Assembly (NCBI RefSeq): GCF_900199515.1
Contig: NZ_LT963434.1
Coordinates: 483,272 to 515,271 of the forward strand
DNA: 32,000 nt
DNA from: Massilicoli timonensis
GTDB taxonomy: Bacteria; Bacillota_I; Bacilli_A; Erysipelotrichales; Erysipelotrichaceae
Direction: 5' to 3'
This document shows, piece after piece, positions 8,179-17,452 of this stretch (the first letter of the stretch is position 1; every line of letters begins with the position of its first letter). Both the position numbers and the translations under genes were made by a program. The notes under the pieces are model-generated. The model saw only the letters and a program-made list of their open reading frames with translations, made no database searches and was not told where the DNA came from.

Positions 8179-10920
8179 TCAGCTTTTTTCTTCATTATGT
8201 TCGATGTATTCATAGATATAAGCGATCTCGCTTGGGGCAATTTCGACACTATAGTAGCGCTCCACGACACTAAAGCAGCGTTTTACGACAGCTATAAAAT
8301 CCTGATGCTGCGCGACAAAGGCTTCCAGATATGGATAAGTGTCAATACCCGCATGGGTTACCAGCCGTTCGATCAAACAGCAGATATGCACATACAGACC
8401 GACACATGTCGCATTGGATAAGACGACGCCCATTTCCTCCTGCAAATGATCTAACGCCGTTGCCACATGCTCCAATAAGATTCCCGGATTTAAGATCGTC
8501 AAAGTCGTGATCAGATTGCTCAAAGAGAAATTCTTTAAGATATTGCTTTTGAACTGCCGCATTTCTTCCATATCCAGATAATTGCGGAAATAGTCGTGCA
8601 GTTTGTCCATCGTTACATTGATGACCAGATCCTCTAATGGAATAAAAGGCACTTCATCTATATTGGGGTTCAGTGTTCCGACAATGCAGATGACCTCATA
8701 GTCATCAAAGAAAGCCGGTGTCAATCGTTTCTCGATCAGCGTGTTATAATCATAGGTCAAGACCTTGATCGCTTTCTTTTTCGGCAGGGAATCCTCTAAG
8801 ATATGCTGCAGGCGCTCCGCTGTTCCAAGTCCGCTCGCACAGGAACAAAGAATCAACGGATCTTTATGACGGCGGGCAATCAAATGGTAGGTCGGCACCG
8901 CTGCCTGCGCGACTTCTTCAAAGATTTCCTGCAAAGAACGGCCCTGCTTGATGCCGTTACCCACTGCTAACGCCATCTTCGTCGATACGTGATTCATCAT
9001 TGCGATATTGATATTGCGGCTCGCATCGATGCCCTGATCGATCGCTTCCAAAGAACCCATATCCACCAAAAGCACCAGCTCTTCAAAATGCCCCATCTTG
9101 GAGAGATGGGCATTCAGTTGTTCCACCACGGCCGCGGTGCTGACATTCATCGGCATATCGATCGCATCAAAGATATACTGATCCAAAGAACGATTGACCG
9201 CATCGGCAATGGAAGAAGCGGTGGAATAGCCATGTGCCAAGATCAAACCGACTCGTTTGTTCCAATCGTTGGCACGATTGAATTTCTTAAAATATAAAGT
9301 GAAGATACACAAAGCAAGCAGATCTAAGTGCAGATCGGCATTCGCATGCAGATGATTCGCCACTTCTTTGGCAATCATATATTCCCGATGCAGTTCTTCC
9401 TGTAATAAATCATGCAGAGCGCTGATCGTATGTACCTGATGCTGCTCATGATCATTTCGGGCATAGGCGCCGCGCGTGCAGTCATGCAGATAAGCGCTCA
9501 TCGCGATCAGATCGCTGTTGTGAAAATGAATGCCATAAGGATCGGCAATCAGATCCAGCGCATGTTTTAACAACGTCTGTACATAAGTGAACTCCGCATT
9601 TTGACGATAACGCTTTTTTAATACGATCGCATCATAATAATCATCCAATACCGCAAAGCACCCTTCTAAAAACGAAGCATAACCGATCTTCGCTTCTTCA
9701 TAAGCCGCAAACTTTTCTAAGATCCGTTTATTCAAGCGTCCCTGTCTTTGATCATTTCCCGCCATATGCGACAGATCTGCTAATGTCAGTACGGCATTTT
9801 GCGCATCAAGTGCCCCGCGTTTATCCGAAACGGCTTTTAAGGAAACAAGATTTGCGGGAAGATCAAATGCATCGACTACCAAAGTAGGCTCCTTGGGAGG
9901 GCATTTATAATACGCATGCACACATCCTGCTTGGATACAGTTCTTCAAATCACCGATATTGCCGGGAAAATCGGTCGTTACCAATGTCTGATACACCGTA
10001 TTGGTCATCATGATCGTTTTATGCAGGCGTTTGCTTTCCGCCTGAAACATCGTCAAGATCAGCTGGATCCGCTCACGCATGCCGCGCTCTTGCAGGCTGG
10101 GAACGGTAATGATCATCGGAATGCGCCGCAACAGTGTTTTTAACAGACATTTTTTCGGATCCTTGGTCGTCGCAAAGATCAAACGGGCATTGGACTCATA
10201 CCAGTGCTCATGATCCCCCACCATATGATAAATGCCTTTATCCATGAATAAAAACAGTTTCTCCTGACATTCTGCCTTCAGATCATGCACCTCATCTAAA
10301 AATAAGATCCCTCCCTGCGCCAGCTTCAATAACCCGGGATTATCCTTGTCCGCACCGGTGAAAGCACCCTTTTTATGTCCGAATAAGTTGGCGGACAACA
10401 GTTCCGGATTATTGGCGTACTCGCTGCAGTTCAAGATCAAAAAGGGCTGTTCCTGCGTGATCAGTCCCTGATGCAGTGCATATTCATAAGTTTTCTGAGC
10501 AATCAGGCTTTTCCCGGTACCGGTCGGGCCATAAAGCAAAAACGGCAGACCGTTTGGCGGATAAGAAATGGTCGCCTTGCACGTGTCGATCACGCTTTGC
10601 AAAGAGTCATCATAGCCGATCAGCTCTTCAAAATCTAAGTGCCGCTGCTTGTTGATCGCTGCTTCCAGTTCTGCCTCAGAGCCATAAAGCGTGTCGGACA
10701 GCGTTATTTGATTTTGTTCTTCGATCAAGAAACGATCTAAAAACAAGACCGGCCGGGTATTGATCTTAATACATCTGCCTTCCTTGAAAAATTCATTCAG
10801 ATATTGTGATACGACGTTGCGGCTTACGTGCAGCGCATCTGCGATCATCTGTGCGCTTGCCTTTTCATAAGCATGATCAGCAGTGCACTGCTTGATCTGC
10901 TCATAAATTTGTTCCTTCAT
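8179..10920 (-). CDS. levR: Sigma-54-dependent, PTS-regulated transcriptional activator of the LevR family
   Basis: 913 aa. It has an N-terminal HTH and an AAA+ sigma-54 interaction domain (GPTGTGKS Walker A, GAFTGA loop in KKGAFTGADK). It also has PRD regions, an EIIA-Man-like domain (LILAHGYSTASSIA) and an EIIB-Gat-like cysteine motif (CSCASGLGTA). Confidence 0.9.
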   Translation of the reverse strand: MKEQIYEQIKQCTADHAYEKASAQMIADALHVSRNVVSQYLNEFFKEGRCIKINTRPVLFLDRFLIEEQNQITLSDTLYGSEAELEAAINKQRHLDFEELIGYDDSLQSVIDTCKATISYPPNGLPFLLYGPTGTGKSLIAQKTYEYALHQGLITQEQPFLILNCSEYANNPELLSANLFGHKKGAFTGADKDNPGLLKLAQGGILFLDEVHDLKAECQEKLFLFMDKGIYHMVGDHEHWYESNARLIFATTKDPKKCLLKTLLRRIPMIITVPSLQERGMRERIQLILTMFQAESKRLHKTIMMTNTVYQTLVTTDFPGNIGDLKNCIQAGCVHAYYKCPPKEPTLVVDAFDLPANLVSLKAVSDKRGALDAQNAVLTLADLSHMAGNDQRQGRLNKRILEKFAAYEEAKIGYASFLEGCFAVLDDYYDAIVLKKRYRQNAEFTYVQTLLKHALDLIADPYGIHFHNSDLIAMSAYLHDCTRGAYARNDHEQHQVHTISALHDLLQEELHREYMIAKEVANHLHANADLHLDLLALCIFTLYFKKFNRANDWNKRVGLILAHGYSTASSIADAVNRSLDQYIFDAIDMPMNVSTAAVVEQLNAHLSKMGHFEELVLLVDMGSLEAIDQGIDASRNINIAMMNHVSTKMALAVGNGIKQGRSLQEIFEEVAQAAVPTYHLIARRHKDPLILCSCASGLGTAERLQHILEDSLPKKKAIKVLTYDYNTLIEKRLTPAFFDDYEVICIVGTLNPNIDEVPFIPLEDLVINVTMDKLHDYFRNYLDMEEMRQFKSNILKNFSLSNLITTLTILNPGILLEHVATALDHLQEEMGVVLSNATCVGLYVHICCLIERLVTHAGIDTYPYLEAFVAQHQDFIAVVKRCFSVVERYYSVEIAPSEIAYIYEYIEHNEEKS

Positions 10921-10948
10921 GAAATCCCCTCCTTATAAGCGGTCTGCT

Positions 10949-11500
10949 TTACTGATCGCTTTGACATTTGGTATAAGTGAAGCACTGCTCACAATCCGGC
11001 AATGTTCCCAGTTTCAAATATACGATCATCTGATCACGGGTCAATACCAGCGGGCAGCGATCATGATAATCCGCCATTTCGCCATAGGCGGCGCAGGTGA
11101 TGATGACAAATTCCTGTGCATCGTTGTATAAGCCTGCCAAATACACATACCTCTCTTTTTTCCCGATATGATACTTGACTTTCCGTTTGCCTTCTTTGCG
11201 CCATTCATAAAACCCATTGGTGACGATCACACAGCGGTTTTCCAGCCATCTTTGAAAGGTCGGCCGCTGATGCAGCGTTTCTACCCGCGCATTGATCAGA
11301 CGATTGCCGCGTTCTCCCTGAAAGCCCCACTTTAACAGCTTTGGTACGACCTTGTTTTGTTCCAGCACAAACAGCAGTGCGCTTTGAGAAGGAAAACGCT
11401 CTCCCTCTAAAAAGTGAAACGAATCCATTTCCGGATAATATGCTTTCAACCATTCCTTTTGCTCACGATTTTCAAAATGAAACTGAAATCTTCCGCACAT
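10949..11500 (-). CDS. SOS response-associated peptidase (SRAP/YedK-type abasic-site processing protein)
   Basis: It begins MCGRF, with the catalytic Cys2 that is the hallmark of SRAP. It also carries NARVET, GFYEW and HDRCP motifs. At 183 aa it is on the short side for the family. Confidence 0.8.
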   Translation of the reverse strand: MCGRFQFHFENREQKEWLKAYYPEMDSFHFLEGERFPSQSALLFVLEQNKVVPKLLKWGFQGERGNRLINARVETLHQRPTFQRWLENRCVIVTNGFYEWRKEGKRKVKYHIGKKERYVYLAGLYNDAQEFVIITCAAYGEMADYHDRCPLVLTRDQMIVYLKLGTLPDCEQCFTYTKCQSDQ

Positions 11501-11548
11501 CTTATCACCTGCCTATTCTCAGTTTTTCCAAAGTGATGCTCTTTATCT

Positions 11549-11579
11549 AAAAAAACAGAAGGAAATGTTACGCATTTCC
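11549..11579 (-). terminator. Rho-independent terminator after the S41 peptidase gene
   Basis: The minus strand reads GGAAATG-CGTAA-CATTTCC followed by TTCTGTTTTTTT. The stop codon TAA (11570-11568) sits in the loop. Confidence 0.6.
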
Positions 11580-12773
11580 CCCTGTATCATCCTGATTTTC
11601 TTCTACCGGCGCCGGATAAAGCTCCCTTAGCTTCGCCATGACTGCTCCATAAAGGTTTTCACTTTCGATGCGGATGTCCGGAGCAGTGCCGTATTCCGCA
11701 TTGCTGGCACCGTCTAAATTCAAATGGTGATCCGCACTCATCCGAATGATCATACCGCTGTTTGGCAGCTTGATCAAAAGCGGTTCAAGACTGCTGCCGC
11801 CGCCGCTGTAATCACCGACCAGCGTCGCAAAGCCGCTCTGCTTACAAAACATCGCAAAGCGTTCGGCACTGTCAGCGGTCGATCCATCGATCATCACATA
11901 GAAATCACCCTTGAATATCGCCTTCTTGGCGGCAGGCGCAATCGTTTTGCTTGACTTGACATAATCGGTCATGCCTTCCAGATCTTTTAACTGCAGCGCC
12001 GGAAGGGCCGCCAGCTTTCTGATTTCCAACAACTGATATTCTGTGCTCATATACTCTTTGGCCAATCCGCCCTTTACTAATGCAAGTGTTTCATAAGACG
12101 TTTTTTCACTGATATTAGGCGCTACGATATTTTCGATCCAGTATTGCTCGATTCCCGATGTAACACCTCTTAGATCGATCACACATACCGGATAGCTTTT
12201 GATCTCCTTAAAGAATTTCTTTAAGGTCTTTCCATCTTCCTTCATGGAGTTTTGATCCATATCGCTCATTTTGATATAAGCGATGCGATCCTTTTCGATA
12301 ACGGAGGTGATCAAATTCTTTTCCGCGTCTTCATCGGAAAGCTTGGTATCCTCAAAGTCATAATAGCTCTTTGACTTGCCGTTATTGATGACATCATAAA
12401 GATAGTTCAAAGAATTTGTCATAGAAGCGCTGTCCTTCAGTTTTTCATACAGCCGTTTATAGCTGACCGCATTCAGTTTTTCCATTTTTCCAATGCCTTC
12501 AAATTCATTCAGAAACAGACTGACATAAGAATCAAACTGCTGTGTCGTCGTATCCTCGGTGATCTTATTGCGATAATGATCTTTTACCGCCAGAAAATTC
12601 TTACCGGTCATACGCTGTGCCACATTCATCATCGCATAGTTTTCCTGTATCGTCGTCCACAGATAATCATAATCCTCCAGCATCTGTTCATAAGTCAAAG
12701 GACCGTTGTCATCACATGCGGTGCACATGAGCGTTAAGCATGCCATCATGATCCATTTTACGATTTTTTTCAT
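11568..12773 (-). CDS. S41-family peptidase, exported (probable lipoprotein)
   Basis: It shows the S41 core pattern (VIDLRG..., IDGSTADSAERFAMF..., LVGDYSGGG). The N-terminal signal sequence MKKIVKWIMMACLTLMCTAC has a Cys-containing lipobox-like end. The ATG at 12773 follows AGGAGG and overlaps the TPR gene stop (ATGA). Confidence 0.75.
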   Translation of the reverse strand: MKKIVKWIMMACLTLMCTACDDNGPLTYEQMLEDYDYLWTTIQENYAMMNVAQRMTGKNFLAVKDHYRNKITEDTTTQQFDSYVSLFLNEFEGIGKMEKLNAVSYKRLYEKLKDSASMTNSLNYLYDVINNGKSKSYYDFEDTKLSDEDAEKNLITSVIEKDRIAYIKMSDMDQNSMKEDGKTLKKFFKEIKSYPVCVIDLRGVTSGIEQYWIENIVAPNISEKTSYETLALVKGGLAKEYMSTEYQLLEIRKLAALPALQLKDLEGMTDYVKSSKTIAPAAKKAIFKGDFYVMIDGSTADSAERFAMFCKQSGFATLVGDYSGGGSSLEPLLIKLPNSGMIIRMSADHHLNLDGASNAEYGTAPDIRIESENLYGAVMAKLRELYPAPVEENQDDTGGNA

Positions 12774-14260
12774 AACTGCCTCCTGTCTGTTTCCATATGC
12801 GCAAGCTGTTCCCTGATCCATTCATCCTCCGGATCATATGCCTTCGCTTTCAGCAGCGCCGCATAGGCTTTTTGCGTTTTCTTTTCTTCTAAGTAGTTCC
12901 ATGCCAGATTCGCATACAGCCAACCGTTTTCATAGTGCTCGGATATGAGGGCGGAAAACAATGCGATTGCTTCTTCATGCCGCTTCAGCATGCCATAGTT
13001 CCAAGCGATCTGGGAACGGATCCAAGCATCGTTTTCACTCATCGCCAAGGCCTTCTCATAGTGCGCAAGTGATCGTTCATATGCCTTTAACTGCGTATAA
13101 TTCCATGCGACCTCTAACTCAAACCAGACATCATTTCGCCCAAGCTTTTCCGCCTGCTTCAAGCAGCGAAGCGCCTGTTCATGTTCCCGCAGCCTGCCAT
13201 AATTCCAAGCCAGCTGCGAATGCCACTCAATGCCTCTTTCACTTTCCTTGCACTTCCATAAAAAGATGACCGCCTGCTCATGATCGCCCATCTTGCCATA
13301 AAGGTGGGCAATCTGCTCCCATAGCGCATCGTTTGCCTGGTCTTGCTCCGCTATTTTCATCAAACAGTCGATCGCCTGCTCATATTCCTGAATCTGATCA
13401 TATAAAAGCGCCATCTCATGATAGATATCCACTGTATGACGCTCCTTGCGCAGCGCCTGCTGATAATAGGAAAGCGCCTGACGAAAGCAAGCATCCGCCT
13501 GCTCTTTTTCATTGCTTTGCAGATAAACATAGCCTAATTCACTTTGTAACGCCGTATCATCCTTTCCCGCTTCATGAGCGCGCAAAAGATATGCCAGTGC
13601 TTGTTGAGGATCGTTTATTCTTCGCAAGCAAACACCCAGATGAAACAAAACCTCCGCGTCATTTGTCTTTTCAAGACAGCTTAAGACCTCGATCGCCGCC
13701 TGATAGTCCGCCTGCTGCTCATAGAGCGATGCCAACAACAGCCTGCTTTCGATCTGTTTTGGCTCTTGTTCGATCACTTGTCTAAGCAAGATCGAAGCTT
13801 CCTCATATTCCTGCTGCGCAAGCATACATTTGGCGCATTGTTCTTTGACCCAGATATTGTTTTGATCTTCCAACAAAGCATTTTGATAAGCTTCGATCGC
13901 TTTTTTATACGCACCCTGCACATGATAGGCATAGCCGATCTCCGCGTGTACCCATGCCACATCCTCTCCATATTCCAAGGCCTTCCGCAGATAGAAAAGG
14001 CTGTTTTGCACATCATCTAAATGATTGTAGGCAAAACCGATCTGACCATAGATCCAGCCATCCTTTTCATCCTGACGCAGCGCTTTGCGCAAATACGCCA
14101 GCGCCTCCTCATAACGGCGCAGCTGATTCAATACCCAACCCATGTTGGCATTGATAAAATTATCCTCATAGGCGTGGATGGCATGCTCTTGCAAATGCTG
14201 ATACGCCGCCAAATACTGCTCTTTTTCAACGAGCTGATCAAACTTCGCTTTATAATCCAT
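12770..14260 (-). CDS. Tetratricopeptide (TPR) repeat protein, cytoplasmic
   Basis: 496 aa built almost entirely of roughly 34-aa repeats (recurring W..xxAWNY...YExAL..xxKAL pattern). It has no signal peptide. A GAGGTGAGG SD is present. Confidence 0.8.
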   Translation of the reverse strand: MDYKAKFDQLVEKEQYLAAYQHLQEHAIHAYEDNFINANMGWVLNQLRRYEEALAYLRKALRQDEKDGWIYGQIGFAYNHLDDVQNSLFYLRKALEYGEDVAWVHAEIGYAYHVQGAYKKAIEAYQNALLEDQNNIWVKEQCAKCMLAQQEYEEASILLRQVIEQEPKQIESRLLLASLYEQQADYQAAIEVLSCLEKTNDAEVLFHLGVCLRRINDPQQALAYLLRAHEAGKDDTALQSELGYVYLQSNEKEQADACFRQALSYYQQALRKERHTVDIYHEMALLYDQIQEYEQAIDCLMKIAEQDQANDALWEQIAHLYGKMGDHEQAVIFLWKCKESERGIEWHSQLAWNYGRLREHEQALRCLKQAEKLGRNDVWFELEVAWNYTQLKAYERSLAHYEKALAMSENDAWIRSQIAWNYGMLKRHEEAIALFSALISEHYENGWLYANLAWNYLEEKKTQKAYAALLKAKAYDPEDEWIREQLAHMETDRRQL

Positions 14261-14286
14261 GACATCCTCACCTCTTTTCTTTTCTT

Positions 14287-14315
14287 ATTATACATGAAAA
14301 ACAGCGCTAAGAAAA
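14287..14315 (-). promoter_or_regulatory. Putative sigma-A promoter of the TPR/S41 operon
   Basis: The minus strand has a perfect TATAAT (14292-14287) with a weak -35 TTTTCT (14315-14310) at 17-nt spacing, 27 nt upstream of the ATG. Confidence 0.35.
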
Positions 14316-14342
14316 TGTGAAAGCACGGCTTCGCTAAGAAAA
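14305..14342. repeat. 11-nt exact direct repeat CGCTAAGAAAA (minus strand TTTTCTTAGCG), two copies 27 nt apart
   Basis: The copies lie at 14305-14315 and 14332-14342. One overlaps the putative -35, and the other overlaps the T-tract of the upstream terminator. Confidence 0.75.
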
Positions 14343-14363
14343 AACTGTTCCCGGGAACAGTTT
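14335..14363 (-). terminator. Rho-independent terminator after the CaCA gene
   Basis: The minus strand reads AAACTGTTC-CCGG-GAACAGTTT, extended to TTTTTT. The stop TAA (14364-14362) abuts the stem. Confidence 0.8.
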
Positions 14364-15345
14364 ACATAGAAAGCATGATGCTTGCGACATAGCTTGCTAA
14401 TATCAGCACTGCGGCGATCTGCACGGCCGCTTTGCTTTTTCGTGCAGCGAGCACAACGATCATGATGATGCTGGAAAGCAGACCAAAAAGCAACAGATTG
14501 CCAACCTGTGATGCAAACAAAGTCGCACCGTCTAAAATATAAATGCTGGCTTTTTGATAAAGCAGATCCGCAAAGCATAAGATCGTAAAGTTAAACAGAT
14601 TGCTGCAGACGACATTGCCGATAGAGGCATTGAAGTTGTTGAGACGCACCAATGAAGCAGAAGCGCTTAGCTCCGGCAGCGAGGTCGCTACCCCTAAAAA
14701 GATCGCACCGGCTACCGTCGTGCCTAATTGCAATGCATCGGCAATTTGATCGGTTACCTGCGTCAAAGCGATGCTGACTGCTACTAAAGCAAGGGAAAAT
14801 AAGACAAAGCGGACCATGATCTGACGAATCGACAGATCCAGATCGCTCTCCTCTTCCTGTTCCACACTGTCATCGTTTTTCATGAGGCGGATGCCGATCA
14901 CATATAAAACGATGATGACCGGCGTCATCAGATTGACCTGCGTAAAGCCAAGGGAAACGCTAAAAGGGGAAACGATCGCCAAGGCACAGCATACATACAT
15001 CGCCAGTCCAAAGTACAGCGTGTTATAGTGTGACTGCGCGATCCTGCTTTGCCGATAACGCTTGTTAAAGCTTAAAACCAATACCGCCGGGATACACAGA
15101 TTGAATATATTGCTGCCAAGTACGTTCCCCTGCACAAGCTGCGGCTCATCTAATGACAAAACCGCAGTCAATGAGGTAAACAACTCCGGTAATGAAGTAA
15201 CCGCCGCAAGCAGCACACCGCCCAAAAAGGCACCGGACAGATTCGTCTTTTTATCTAATGCATCTACGTAAGCGGATAATTTAGTGGAACACAAAACGAC
15301 GAGAACTGCCAATATCACATAAATCAGATAGATCATACCTGCCAT
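14362..15345 (-). CDS. Ca2+/cation antiporter (CaCA, Na+/Ca2+ exchanger family) membrane protein
   Basis: It has two alpha-repeat motifs (GNVLGSNIFNL and GNVVCSNLFNF) in a roughly 10-TM protein. The start is ambiguous. The ATG at 15336 (MIYLIY) has better SD spacing from AAAGGA than the ATG at 15345. Confidence 0.85.
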   Translation of the reverse strand: MAGMIYLIYVILAVLVVLCSTKLSAYVDALDKKTNLSGAFLGGVLLAAVTSLPELFTSLTAVLSLDEPQLVQGNVLGSNIFNLCIPAVLVLSFNKRYRQSRIAQSHYNTLYFGLAMYVCCALAIVSPFSVSLGFTQVNLMTPVIIVLYVIGIRLMKNDDSVEQEEESDLDLSIRQIMVRFVLFSLALVAVSIALTQVTDQIADALQLGTTVAGAIFLGVATSLPELSASASLVRLNNFNASIGNVVCSNLFNFTILCFADLLYQKASIYILDGATLFASQVGNLLLFGLLSSIIMIVVLAARKSKAAVQIAAVLILASYVASIMLSM

Positions 15346-15369
15346 TCCTTTCTTTTAACGACAGCGTTT

Positions 15370-15378
15370 ATTGTACCA
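15370..15378 (-). promoter_or_regulatory. Extended -10 promoter (TGgTACAAT) for the CaCA gene
   Basis: The minus strand reads TGGTACAAT (15378-15370), about 25 nt upstream of the ATG. No good -35 is present. Confidence 0.4.
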
Positions 15379-15395
15379 TATTCAAAATGAAAAAA

Positions 15396-16748
15396 CTATC
15401 GTTTCTGCCGCTGATATAAAAGTGCACTGCGGTAGCTTTTGCGACGGCGCTTTTTACGGCGATAACGATGCAAACACCAAATAAGCATATAAACGATCAT
15501 TGCGATCACAAGCAGCCGCACCAGCGAATCACTCATCCACCACCAGATCGAGAATAGGATATATAAGAACGGATGCGCGTCGATATCCTGATGCGCGTTT
15601 AATGCTATCTCTCCTAAATACAGATCCTCATAAGTAAAAGCAACCTTGGCGAGCGTATCTCCTTTTTGATAAGGCGCCTGCAAAGAAGCAAGCGGTTCTA
15701 CGCTTTTTTTGATCTGTTTTGTCGTGATCGGCTGTGGAACGTATAGCGCGATCTTTTCCGATGCATAGAAAGTACCGGCACTGCGATCCAAACTGTCTTT
15801 GATCGAAAGATCCGCGATCAGATCGCCTTTTTGATAAAGCACTTTATTTTCATAGTGCTCCTTAAAATAAGTTAACGCCGTATAAGCATCTGTAAAATGA
15901 TCGTGGGTATAGTAATCCCCTTCGGCTTGCATACCGACATAAAGCAAATGCACATCATCATCCCAAGTTGAGGTAGCCAGACATTTCCCGGCTTCTGTGG
16001 TAAATCCGGTCTTGCTGCCTTCAAAAAAATCTTCAGGGATCCCTAATGCCTCTAATTCCGAAAGACGGGTGGAAGAAAGCTCGACGCCATAAGGATGCAC
16101 CTCATTGCCCGCGGTCACAAATACATCCGTTCCATAAGCTTCTAAAAAGCGTTCATCCTGTAATGCCGCTTCCAACAGAAGCAGCATATCACCGGCGCTT
16201 GTATAGTGATCATCATCATGCAAGCCGCTCGTATTGACAAAATGGGTATGCGTCATTCCCAACTGTTCTGCCTGACGATTCATCTCCGCCACAAATTCCT
16301 CCACACTGCCCTTGGTCGCGATCGCCAATGCCTGACATGCCTCGGCTCCGCTTGGAAGCATCGCCCCGTAAATCAAATCCTTAAAACGTACCGTTTCACC
16401 GACCGCAAAGCCAGCCATGCTCGCGTTTTCTTCATAAAGGCCGCGAAACATCACTTCATCCAATACGATCTCACGGTTGTCATCCTCTTCCAGCTGAAGC
16501 GCCGCATATACGGTCATCATCTTGGTGAGCGACGCCGGATAGCGCTTTTCATCCTTGTTTTTTTCATAGAGGATCCGCCCATTGCTCGCATCATAAACGA
16601 TCGCACTGGAACTGTATAGCGAAAGCTGTGGCTGCGGCAAAGCGTTTTTGCGTTCCTTGCCGAAGGTGCTTGGCGTTACGCTTCCTACAAACACGATGCA
16701 CAAAAGCAGCACGATTGCCTGTTTCATCCAACTGCTGTTTCGTTTCAT
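15396..16748 (-). CDS. D-alanyl-D-alanine carboxypeptidase (peptidase S11, PBP5-like) with a C-terminal TM anchor and polybasic tail
   Basis: It has a signal peptide, the SxxK motif (ASLTKMMT) and the KTG motif (SKTGFT). The C-terminal hydrophobic segment is followed by RYRRKKRRRK. The ATG lies directly after the rnc stop (TAAATG). Confidence 0.88.
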   Translation of the reverse strand: MKRNSSWMKQAIVLLLCIVFVGSVTPSTFGKERKNALPQPQLSLYSSSAIVYDASNGRILYEKNKDEKRYPASLTKMMTVYAALQLEEDDNREIVLDEVMFRGLYEENASMAGFAVGETVRFKDLIYGAMLPSGAEACQALAIATKGSVEEFVAEMNRQAEQLGMTHTHFVNTSGLHDDDHYTSAGDMLLLLEAALQDERFLEAYGTDVFVTAGNEVHPYGVELSSTRLSELEALGIPEDFFEGSKTGFTTEAGKCLATSTWDDDVHLLYVGMQAEGDYYTHDHFTDAYTALTYFKEHYENKVLYQKGDLIADLSIKDSLDRSAGTFYASEKIALYVPQPITTKQIKKSVEPLASLQAPYQKGDTLAKVAFTYEDLYLGEIALNAHQDIDAHPFLYILFSIWWWMSDSLVRLLVIAMIVYMLIWCLHRYRRKKRRRKSYRSALLYQRQKR

Positions 16749-17438
16749 TTACTTCACCATCTTTTCAAATGCGTCCTTCGCCGCCATCTGCTCAGCCCGT
16801 TTCTTTGACTGCCCGCTTCCTTTTCCTAAGATGATATCATCTAGCAAAACGATCACATCAAAGGTCGGCTGGTTGCTTGGACCGCTCATCTTCACCAGTT
16901 CATAATGCACATTTTTTCTTGTATCCGACTGCACATACTCCTGTAAACGCGTCTTATAGTCGATCACTAATTCACTTTTCGGCGATGTGATCATCGGCGT
17001 CAGCACCTCTTCTAAAATAATATCCACTGCCGCCATGCCCTGATCCAAATACAAAGCGCCCAAAAAGGCCTCAAACATATCCGCCAGTATCGAATCACGA
17101 TTGCGCCCGCCGGTTTTTTCCTCACCGATGCCAAGCCGCAAAAACCGTCCCAGCTTCAGCTTTCGGCTATATTCCGCCAACGCCTCTTCACAGACCAGCT
17201 GTGCTCTTAACGTCGTCATCTTTCCTTCACTTAATTCCGGTTCCAGCTTAAACAGCTTTTCGCTTGACCATACCTGCAAGACCGCATCGCCCATAAACTC
17301 CAGACGCTCATTGTCATGCGTCTGCTTTTTATGCTCATTCACATAGGAAGAATGGGTAAACGCCTCCATCATGCGCTTGCGGTCATGACAGGCGATCTTT
17401 TTCTTTTTCAGCCAATCAAATATCGTTTCCATCATCAT
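16749..17438 (-). CDS. rnc: Ribonuclease III
   Basis: It carries the RNase III signature NERLEFMGDAVL and a C-terminal dsRBD (GSGQSKKRAEQMAA). There are three consecutive ATGs at the start, so the exact start is uncertain by up to 6 nt. Confidence 0.95.
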   Translation of the reverse strand: MMMETIFDWLKKKKIACHDRKRMMEAFTHSSYVNEHKKQTHDNERLEFMGDAVLQVWSSEKLFKLEPELSEGKMTTLRAQLVCEEALAEYSRKLKLGRFLRLGIGEEKTGGRNRDSILADMFEAFLGALYLDQGMAAVDIILEEVLTPMITSPKSELVIDYKTRLQEYVQSDTRKNVHYELVKMSGPSNQPTFDVIVLLDDIILGKGSGQSKKRAEQMAAKDAFEKMVK

Positions 17439-17452
17439 TTCCTCATTTCTTA

